NCBI RefSeq assembly: GCF_964355755.1
Contig: NC_092680.1
Location: forward strand, 1,178,001 to 1,242,000
Source of the DNA: Antedon mediterranea
Lineage: Eukaryota; Animalia; Echinodermata
Direction of reading: 5' to 3'
DNA length: 64,000 nucleotides
The position numbers were made by a program, and so were the translations under genes. The notes under the pieces are model-generated. The model was not told the DNA's origin, did no database searches, and saw only the letters and a list, made by a program, of their open reading frames with translations. This document shows positions 54,528 to 64,000 of the stretch, in pieces; within the stretch, counting starts at the first letter, position 1; each line of letters begins with the position of its first letter.

Positions 54528-56665
54528 ATTATTTTGGGGTATTTGTAGTATTATGACACTAAAAAACTAATATTACTTTATTATTAGGCCTTCTAGTGGG
54601 CCTAATAAATATACTAATAACACGACGAAATATTAACATCTTTGTCATTGATAATATTATTAATAGGCCTAAGTACAAATAGGCCTATATGTGCAATTAT
54701 CTAAGAAAATATGATTGTAGCCAACATATTTTTATGTAAAATTATAATATAAACCACTCTTACCCTGCATTCCGGTTTGACTATGCCTAGGCCTATAGAT
54801 AATTATCCTGATAGCAATGTCAATCCATTCTTCAAGGCTAAGAACATTTCTTGCAGGCGAATTATTTCTTTCGCTACAGGCCCTGGCATAGCTTCACACC
54901 ACGGTGACGTTGTCAGGTTTCCTCTAAAATCCCTCGATCATCAATTAAACATTAAAATGTACTTCATGTGCGATCGTAATTACAATGAATTAAAAACAAT
55001 TATCTATTTTCAAACGATATTTTTGAAATATAAAACAAATCGCGTGTGTGTGGTTTCCATATTTCGCAAGCAAAATTTACCCGTTGACCCCATAGTCTTA
55101 TTTTCCAGCCCTTAGGTGGCATGGAAGTGTCTGAGAGTGTCGATTTTTCTCTCCTGGTGGTATGATTCGACTTAATTTATCATAACAATGCTTTATTTGT
55201 TTTATTTTTCAGATAAGCAACATGATGGGCAAGCGAGTAGATTTTGATGCTTAACAAGCGACTCCTTTTTTAAAAAAAACCCGTAGCTTTAAGCCGAGTA
55301 GGCTACAGATGACTTTGTGTTGGCCTAAGTTTAGGCATTGTTGAAAAATTTGTTCGAAAAATATGTATCATAAAGGCCCGTTCGGGACCCATTGAAGGTT
55401 GATACTCACTAGGACGATAATGACAATTATAGATTACATAAAATGAAATTTGGATAACCATTTTTTAATGCCTGCCTTTGATGAAAATAATATTTTTACA
55501 CGTCCAATCAAATGACGCCATTATTAGTAAGAGCAATAATAAATTAATGAATGACGTGACGATAACAATTGTATTGTTGTTGTTTATCATGACGTCATTT
55601 GATTTTATTTTTAAAAAGATATATCAAAGACAGCGCAAATAAAATTATTTCTCCTATAGTTCTAGAATGAAAACCGTTTCTAACTTGCTTATAATGCTTA
55701 GTATAATTATATTTATCGTCGATAATTTTCTTATTGGATTTAATTCTATTTTTTAATCAATGTTTTTCAAGTAAAATTGGAAATAGTTTTGTCATCATTG
55801 ATTCCAACATGGAGGTATAGGGCCTATATATTTATTTTTTTATAGCTCCATGATTTAAACGAATAAAGTGCCACACGAGAGAGGCAATTTTATATGTTAT
55901 CAGTAATAGTTGTGTTATATTATTATCAATGAGGTTTAACTTTCAGACAGATCATGGAAACAAACGCTTTTAAATGCCCTTGATCTTATAGAGTAATTTA
56001 AAACATCATTTGTATATTTTTCAGCTTTTAAAACAATTTTTATTGATTTCAGTGCGCTATTTGTACTTGTGATAACGATCATTAATATAAATAATTGAAA
56101 CATAATAACAATGAATAGGGTAATCATTCAGACATTGAATACACAGCTCATGGTAGAATCAAAATGGTAACAATATCAACCGATTCTCAAGAACTGTATC
56201 TATTTCCGAAGTATCATAGGAATACTTGGTACTACAACATCACATGTGTTTCACAATAACCTTAACTATAACCTTACATGATACAGGCACCACATGTGAT
56301 GCTGTATTTCATCACTAGGAATCGGGTGAAAATATGATATAGGCGCGGTCTATATAATATGATTATTACAAACCCAACATTAGGTTGTTATGGTGACGTG
56401 TACATACATGATACTATTAATTATGTTTATATGATGTTAATCGTTATTCATTTTGTAAACTGTTTTTCACTTTAGAAGCCTACACAGAAGTTAAACAAAG
56501 TTTTGTATCAACTATTTGTAAATTACGGATATTAAGTAAATTCAGTCTTATTAATTTACCTTAGTCCTTATAACCGGGTCTAAATTTATTCAGCCCTCTG
56601 ATTTAAGTTAATGCAGAGAATCATTATAGAGGAGGAATGCTGTCATTTTTCTCATACGTTCGGCT

Positions 56666-56800
56666 GTGTGTAGAGGGGCGGCGGGGTGTAGAGGGGTGGC
56701 GGGGTGTGGAGGGGCGGCGGTGTTGATTGGCGGCAAGGTGTAGAGAGTGGCGGTGGTGTTGAGGGACGGCATAGTGTAGAGTGGCGACGGGGTGGATTGA
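56666..56800. repeat. G-rich degenerate tandem repeat, unit about 18 bp
   Basis: (GTGTAGAGGGGCGGCGGG)n. Confidence 0.8.
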
Positions 56801-57374
56801 CGGAGAAACTAACATTGTATAGTGGTAATTAATCCGAGATTACAACATACCATAACAGTACGGCCATACTTTGCTTTACTTAAATTACGCACCACTGAAA
56901 ACAAATCAGAGATTTAACTATCAACGATTGGTAAAGGTTAAAATCAGATTAAAAAAAGTTTTAATGTGGAACATTCTCGTGTAATTGTAATTTGTATTTT
57001 ACTTATTAAATCAAAATAAATATCCAGTTAGCGTGTATTATTTGTTTGTTTTTAATCATTAACGCCTAGTCAATTTAATCAAAATTTGATAACAAAAATC
57101 TCTACGTCATGCTTAAAGTAGGCCTACATCGACAGTCGTCCGGCTCAGAAGTGCATCTATACTAAAAAAAAAGTGAACACAAATTGTAGTACATGCTTCC
57201 TGTGCGGTGCAGCCATACACACCAACTACCAAAAACGTTTATTCATAACATATTGTAATACAATATCTTGCATGAATCGGATATTTCGCTAGCAATTTAG
57301 TAAGATTGATTAATAAAATCGAAGTTGCGTGTTGATCGCGAATAACTAACAATACCATCTTTCCCACTACACAT

Positions 57375-57820
57375 GTAAAGGTAAAGGTATTTATATTTGT
57401 CCTCAAGCTTAACTGGAAACTGAGGAAATTCGGATTAGGCCCTCCACGGACCCACGGAAGCCAGCAGTGCAGCGCCTACCAGATCAGCACACCGGGAGAC
57501 GATCCCCTACTCTTTTCGAATAGTGTACCAAGTTCTTTAACGTGCACTGTTAAGTACACGGGACCAACGGCTTTACATCCCATCCGAAGGATGAGGCAAT
57601 GAGAGTAAAGCATCTTGCCTAAGGATGCAATTAGTATGGTACAGATAACCTCGAACCCATGCCTATCACATGCTAGTCCGATATTGCCATCACTCTCCAG
57701 TATATACAGCACCCGCCGCGATTTCTAGACGGTCTCCCATCCAGAACGCAACCTGGCCCAACGTTGCTTAACTTCGGTGATCTGACGAGAACCGGTGTTT
57801 CAACGCAGTATGGCGTATAT
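57375..57820 (-). mobile_element. Composite 5S rRNA + tRNA-derived SINE with Deu/Nin core
   Basis: Minus strand order: 5S-like head (57820-57702); degenerate tRNA-like part with B box GGTTCGAG; core TCCTTCGGATGGGATGTAAAGCCGTTGGTCC..GTGCACGTTAAAGAAC..AAGAGTAGGGG..CCCGGTGT; (CCTTTA)n tail. Confidence 0.75.
57702..57820 (-). pseudogene. 5S rRNA-derived sequence (SINE head or pseudogene)
   Basis: Reverse complement ATATACGCCATACTGCGTTGAAACACCGGTTCTCGTCAGATCACCGAAGTTAAGCAACGTTGGGCCAGG..GGATGGGAGACCG..GGTGCTGTATAT matches the eukaryotic 5S layout (about 119 nt, boxes A and C). No oligo-T terminator follows. Confidence 0.8.
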
Positions 57821-58479
57821 AAACTCATTTGCATAACAACGCACGGCATACCAAACCACTTCGTACTCCTGCGATGAATATAAATTCCATTGCAAATACG
57901 TAACGAAGAGAATCATTAATTTCTTTTGAAATTAAGGGCGCCAAACATCAAATTTACAAGATCAAATACAGGTTGAAAAAAAATTTAATTAAAAAAAAGA
58001 TGTTAAATGTGCTCTCCCTGCCTCAGCACTAAGGCCCTGCCACAGCCTTTTGGGGTCGTTTCCAGCACATCACCAGATGCATTGATGTTTTCGTCTCATG
58101 ATGTGTTGTGGAAAGGGGGACGTATGATATGTGAACCCCAAACACAGTGACTCGCATAGCCTTAACTCTATTCCACCGACCAGCGTGGGAATAAACGTAT
58201 AAATAGACTATTATCAGCTGTTTAGTCATGTCACGTCGTGGCGTATCGAGTAATACTCAAGTTTGAGTGCTCTCAGCTCTAGGTTGGACCCGGTTCAAAC
58301 CTCTACGGATATTTTGTTTGTTGTTGAAAGCGATATTTAGAAAATAGCCGAGACGTAGCAAGTAAGTACTTGAAAACTGGTTTAACAAAAAAAGTTTACA
58401 TTTATTTTTGAAACTAGAGGGCGAGCTCGCTTCGCTCGCTTCCCCTCTAGGAAGTGTAGACGATGGTTCTCGGAATGAT

Positions 58480-59420
58480 AAGTTTCAAGTTTCAAGTTTC
58501 AAGTTCATTGTTTCACACAATACAATACAATATGAACAAAAACATAAATTAATAAATACAATTGTGTGAGGAGGACGCATTAAGCCAAGGCTTTAAGTTT
58601 GGTCCTCCTGATAAGTAATATATAAATTATTTAATTTAAGTGAGAGAACAAAAACACTTCTTTCTTTCAAATTCTTTCTGTCAAATTAACAAATAAAATT
58701 AAACAAAAGGGCACAACAATTTTTTTTAAAACAGTCTTAAGGCAATTGTGAATTACTAATGTTCTAAATAGTTTGAAATAAGTATTTGTTTGTATTTTCT
58801 TTTAAATGTATTTATGATGGTTATTGCTTTTAGATTGAGCGGTAAGTTGTTCCATATATACGGTCCATTGTAAATAAAAGATGTTCTTCTAAGTAATATG
58901 GTATGCTTTTAGATTGAGCGGTAAGTTGTTCCATATATACGGTCCATTGTAAATAAAAGATGTTCTTCTAAGTAATATGGTATGCTTTTAGATTGAGCGG
59001 TAAGTTGTTCCATATATACGGTCCATTGTAAATAAAAGATGTTCTTCTAAGTAATATGGTATGCTTTTAGATTGAGCGGTAAGTTGTTCCATATATACGG
59101 TCCATTGTAAATAAAACATGTTCTTCTAAGTAATATGGTATGCTTTTAGATTGAGCGGTAAGTTGTTCCATATATACGGTCCATTGTAAATAAAACATGT
59201 TCTTCTAAGTAATATGGTATGCTTTTAGATTGAGCGGTAAGTTGTTCAATATATACGGTCCATTGTATATAAAAGATGTTCTTCTAAGTAATATGGTATG
59301 CTTTTCGTATATTAGATTTTTGCAGTTCTCCTTGTACGTTTTCTGTCGGTTACCATTATTGAAAATGCTTGACATTCGTAAAACTAAACTATTCTGTTTC
59401 ACAGTATCTTAGATGATTAA
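58480..59420 (-). mobile_element. L2/CR1-clade LINE 3' end with internal tandem amplification
   Basis: Minus ORF ..HTILLRRTSFIYNGPYI(W/L)NNLPLNLK..; (GAAACTT)n tail at 58480-58506. Confidence 0.75.
58825..59305. repeat. 79-bp tandem repeat, 6 copies
   Basis: Units start at 58825, 58904, 58983, 59062, 59141 and 59220; near-identical. Confidence 0.95.
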
Positions 59421-60619
59421 TAACATTTTAAAGTATAGTGTTTATTATTTGGTAGGGCCCGTATAGGGCTGAGGTGGGGAGGCGGAGTTCATTTGAGGGA
59501 AGTGCTTATTCAAGGGATATATGTTAAATTTTTTAGTTTCAATAATATGGTAACATTTATAATCAAATGAAATCCTCTAATAGATATGAAAAGTGGTAAA
59601 AAAGAATAACAAATGCTTGGTAAATTGTAGATAGCAGTGCGATGAATTCTACTACAAATAGTATAATTGTGTTATTATAAATGTGGATGGGATGGACGTT
59701 TATTAGATAGTTGGGTTGGGGGGAGGGGGATTATTATTCCAAGTGATGTTTTATTGGAGAGGCGTTTATTCAAATAAATATCATCCTAATAAGTATTAAT
59801 ACATTATTTAATTAACATCTTTTGAAACTAACTGTCGCGACAGAGTGCGCCGCTTCGGCCCAAGAAAGAAGACATTACAGCTTGCAACATGGGCAGACAT
59901 CTCGGCCCTAACGGGACACAGATAGCCACAGTTATTCCTGCCAGCTTACTTAATAAAACTCGGCTATCGGGATTTCACTCGATTAATGTCTTATCATCAA
60001 ATCTCCCTATGTAATTTTATAATACTATTCCTCACAATATATTCCGATTCTTTATGGCGTATATTTAATTTGATCTTTATTAATTTGCAGTATAATTTTT
60101 ATTTTTTAACTACTGTACCTTTCACACGCGCGGTTCGTTCCTAAAATAAACAAAAAACTAAAATGGCTATGACTAATGGCCAACTTAAGCTCCAGTCCTA
60201 CTGTCTGTTTTTTTCTTCCGTCTTCCCAAGGGACACTGTATTGATTGATGGAAAGTGCCTGTTTCCAGTCACCTTTAGGGTCAAATCTATTATTTCAACT
60301 GCTCCCTTGTGTATAAAAGAGAGAAAATAGTTGAAACCATGTTGCTGGAAGGTGAATTCATCGTAAACCCGGAAATTACTTGACCGCGAAGAATTGAAAT
60401 TGAGTTGAAAATATACTGTTGAAATCATAAATATTGTTAAAAAACTCTTTATAATATCTTCCTAAGATAGAAATATGGAACAATAGCGTTGATCTGAACA
60501 CTAAAGTTATCAAATCTACGTTTCGCGGTACATCTGAGATAGATAAGGTAGGTATCCAAGGCGGAGATTTGTACCGAAGTTTTTGCATTGTGCTCGCCTA
60601 TGTCAGAATTAATTTAACT

Positions 60620-62157
60620 TTTGTGTTTCTGCCTGAGTCAGCTGTGTGACTTAGGCAATTAAGAAGAGGAGACTCATGCTTTTTTAATTCTTTCTCTTTT
60701 ATTGCTACTTTCCTTTTCTAAAATCATCAGTGTTAATTTTAATCTGAAGAGCTGATGCTATTAAATTTTGTTACTTAAAGGTAGCATTTTTTGTATATAG
60801 ATCCTATCGACAGCCTCATAACAAAAGTGTCTAAGTCATAATTTGTTTTTTGTTTTTCTGCCTAACTCACTGCTTATATCAATATACTATATTGTTTGTG
60901 TTTCTGCCTAAGTCAGCTGTGTGACTTAGGCAATTAAGGAGAGCTGACTTATGATCTGCCTAACTCACTGCTTATATCATTATACTGCCCTCTGTACATT
61001 ATCTGAGTGCTTTTATATAAATTTGCACATGCTCAGATCGTTTTTTTGTGTTTCTGCCTAAGTCAGCTGTGTGACTTAGGCAATTAAGGAGAGGAGACTC
61101 ATGATTTTTTAAATAAAAAAAGAAATACATTTTTATAGTATATTTTTAACCCATTTGTTACAAATTCTTTCTCTTTTATTGCTACTTTCCTTTTCTAAAA
61201 TCATAAGTGTTAATTTTAATCTGAAGAGCTAATGCTATTAAATTTTGTTACTTAAAGGTAGCATTTTTTGTATATAGATGATATCGACAGCCTCATAACA
61301 AAAGTGTCTAAGTCATAATTTTTTTTTCTGCCTAACTCACTGCTTATATCAATATACTATATTTGTTGTGTTTCTGCCCAAGCCAGCTGTGTGACTTAGG
61401 CAATTAAGGAGAGCTGACTTATGATCTGCCTAACTCACTGCTTATATCAATATACTATATTTTTTGTGTTTCTGCCTAAGTCAGCTGTGTGACTTAGGCA
61501 ATTAAGGAGAGCTGACTTTTGATCTGCCTAACTCACTGCTTATATCTTTATACTGCCCTCTCTACATTATCTGAGTGCTTTTATATACATTTGCACATGC
61601 TCAGATCGTTTTTTTGTTTTTCTGCCTAAGTCAGCTGTGTGACTTAGGCAATTAAGGAGAGGAGACTCATGATTTTTTAAATAAAATAAGAAATACATTT
61701 TTATAGTATATTTTTTAACCCATTTGTTACAAATTCTTTCTCTTTTATTGTTACTTTCCTTTTCTAAAATCATCAGTGTTAATTTTAATCTGAAGAGCTG
61801 ATGCTATTAAATTGTGTTACTTAAAGGTAGCATTTTTTGTATATAGATGATATCGACAGCCTCATAACAAAAGTGTCTAAGTCATAATTTTTGTTTTGTT
61901 TTTATGCCTAACTCATTGCTTATATCAATATACTATATTTTTTGTGTTTCAGCTGTGTGACTTAGGCAATTATGCAGAGCTGACTTATGATCTGCCTAAC
62001 TCACTGCTTATATCATTATACTGCCCTCTGTACATTATCTGAGTGCTTTTATATACATTTGCACATGCTCAGATCGTTTTTTTGTGTTTGCAATTAAGAA
62101 GAGGAGACTCATGATTTTTTAAATAAAATAAGAAATACATTTTTATAGTATATTTTT
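60620..62157. repeat. Complex higher-order tandem array with recurrent palindrome TGCCTAAGTCA-gctgtg-TGACTTAGGCA
   Basis: Palindrome at about 60630, 60905, 61055, 61375, 61473, 61622 and 61950 (partial); higher-order units of roughly 430-570 bp. Confidence 0.9.
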
Positions 62158-62364
62158 AGTCGCGTGGCCGCGACTCTATAGTTCACTATGTCGGTCGGTC
62201 GGTCGGTCTGTCGGTCTGTCTGTCGGTCCGGTATCACTATGCGTTTTATCGCTTTTCTGTACTTTTTTAACTGTTTTGATGTACAGAAAAGTTTTAAAGT
62301 ACATTACTTTTTGAAAGTTCATTTTTTTTTTCTGAGAGCACGCGACTTATGGCTGTTGGCCTTG
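62158..62364 (+). mobile_element. DINE-1/HINE-like Helentron-associated element with (GTCG/GTCT)n microsatellite
   Basis: 5' AGTCGCGTGGCCGCGACT stem, GTCG/GTCT repeats, 3' sub-TIR CACGCGACT plus small hairpin, inserted in a T run. A related minus-strand remnant lies at about 33787-33892. Confidence 0.65.
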
Positions 62365-62781
62365 TTCTCTATTGTATCAACCTCTTTATGCATATAACAA
62401 CAAGGTTTCTCAACCACTATAACTTTTCAGCTTCTCGGAATAGCGTCAATCAGTGCCATATATTAAAAATGCATTTTCCCTTCGTTTCAACAGTGGAGTT
62501 ATTTCATTAATATGCTTAAATCTAGTCTTAACCATAATATCTCCTACTGTTTTTATACCTGAATTCACCTAAGATTTACAGAATACTGATTTTTTGTTAT
62601 GCATGACATATATTATATTCTCCCATATAAACCTCTGAGTTTTTATTTCACATATACATTGATGTTTTTTTGCATAAATATTATTAAACCGTATGCAGGC
62701 TTTAAGCATATTTATATAGAATGTATTCACATATTATTTGAGTGCATTATGCTTCTCAAAGTTTGCTTCCGTCATACTTAA

Positions 62782-63325
62782 AGATGTATTGTCCCTTTGA
62801 CTAATTCCAAAAAAATAAAAAATAAAAGATTTCGAAAAAAGATGGTCATTTTGAAGTATCATAATAGTTATTAACTATCACCAAACATTTTTCGAAAAAA
62901 ATAAAATTTAACTGAAATGCAGACGTTTTTTTGTTAAAAAAATAACTTTGACTTCCAGTCAAAGTTTTCAATCAAAACATATCCCATAATGAAACGCGCT
63001 TGTTTGGATACTCTGTATGCATAATCATAAAACTTCCTCATGATCTGTGTGAAAATACCTTCTTAACCGTGACGAGTAAACAATCCTAATTTAGCATATG
63101 CATAATGCGTACTCATGGTTTGAAATCTTTGTTTACTTTCGCTCGTGACGAGTTTCCAGATGAAATGTAATCAAACTAATTTACCTGTTAATTACGTAAA
63201 TTTGTTGTTTTTGGCTCAAATTTTCGACTTAAAGTGAATAACTTTAATATTACTTTGATATGGCCACTTTAAATTTAAAATATGTTGACCTTCATTTTGT
63301 GTGTGTTTCAAGGGACAATACATCT
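62782..63325. mobile_element. Non-autonomous TTAA-targeting DNA transposon (Kolobok-like)
   Basis: 16-bp perfect TIR AGATGTATTGTCCCTT with TTAA on both flanks; AG..CT termini favour Kolobok over piggyBac. Confidence 0.75.
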
Positions 63326-63770
63326 TTAATCAAACACCGCGAATGACCAACAATACCATCTTCCCTCGCTGCACAAACTCGTTTGCATAACAACGCACAC
63401 GGCAAACTCAACTTGACTCAAAAAGACCATAAGCATACTAGAACTGTAACTGTTAACACTTATGGTTAATACAGGACAATTGGGTAAGATCATTTTTAAT
63501 ACAGCTTATTCATTTGCACGTTACCCTATTATATGGTTTTCTTGTTTATAACATCGCCATCCGTTTGGTATGATACATTTATTTAATGTGACTTGAAAGT
63601 TATTATATTTATGTTATATATCATGAAATGCTGTTTATGGTGCAGGAATCTTACTGTAATAAAATGCAAATCATGTAAGAGTAAATTACATCTATTCTTT
63701 ATGATACTATTGTTTTACAGCTAGTAAATATTTAATTTGGCATGTATGCTAGTCCTTCGGCTGTGTCAAG

Positions 63771-63845
63771 ATGTTAACAAAATACAAATTACCGCTGTTG
63801 TTTATGGTACTGGTAGCCCTTGCCGTTATTTCAGGAATGTTGTCG
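63771..63845 (+). CDS. First coding exon (signal peptide) of a putative secreted or membrane protein continuing beyond the window
   Basis: ATG 63771 gives MLTKYKLPLLFMVLVALAVISGMLS, followed by donor GTAAGA at 63846. Acceptor TTTTACAG ends at 63720, and an upstream donor GTAAGA lies at 63484. Confidence 0.5.
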
Positions 63846-64000
63846 GTAAGATACTACACTCTATTTTCGTTACGAAAGGTACGAATGAAGACGACTGTTT
63901 AGCAAAACAAATACCATTATGCCTACAGAAAAGAAGATGTTTCGGGATAAAACTTTGTATTAATAACAATATTATTCGAAAATGGAGAATTTTTCAGTAT

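Noticed and set aside
56624-56815. His/Pro/Arg-rich ORF
   Set aside because: Translation of a G-rich tandem repeat, with no splice or homology support.
57702-57820. Functional 5S rRNA gene
   Set aside because: Solitary, diverged in the 3' half, lacks an oligo-T terminator and is fused to a SINE body.
58235-58308. tRNA gene
   Set aside because: Only A-box- and B-box-like motifs, with no convincing cloverleaf; likely a decayed SINE head.
60620-62157. CRISPR-like interspaced palindromes
   Set aside because: Intervening sequences are long, variable in length and themselves repeated; no cas genes.

Overview
AT-rich eukaryotic genomic DNA with many introns, inferred to be echinoderm (possibly crinoid) from close similarity to the sea-urchin sperm guanylyl cyclase. 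I assembled three phase-consistent multi-exon genes by hand. (1) CYRI/FAM49 on the minus strand: 10 coding exons, 328 aa, 16311 to 6071. (2) Head-to-head with it, a speract-receptor-type membrane guanylyl cyclase on the plus strand: 22 exons, about 1106 aa, 23507-38526, with a probable GC-AG intron. (3) An ADGRD1/GPR133-like adhesion GPCR (Ig-GAIN/GPS-7TM) on the plus strand: 21 exons, about 760 aa, 43487-54527, whose signal peptide starts at GTG. A fourth gene, for an apparently secreted protein, begins at the window end (63771). The non-coding DNA is full of mobile elements: PIF/Harbinger-type MITEs, a Tc1/mariner-pogo-type MITE, hAT- and Kolobok-like elements, nested Helentron-like elements, L2/CR1 3' ends and Deu-domain SINEs. 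One SINE has a composite 5S rRNA + tRNA head, and a paralogous empty site in the window defines its boundaries. Most ORFs in the supplied track are spurious or partial exons. Family assignments rest on recalled motifs, not database searches.
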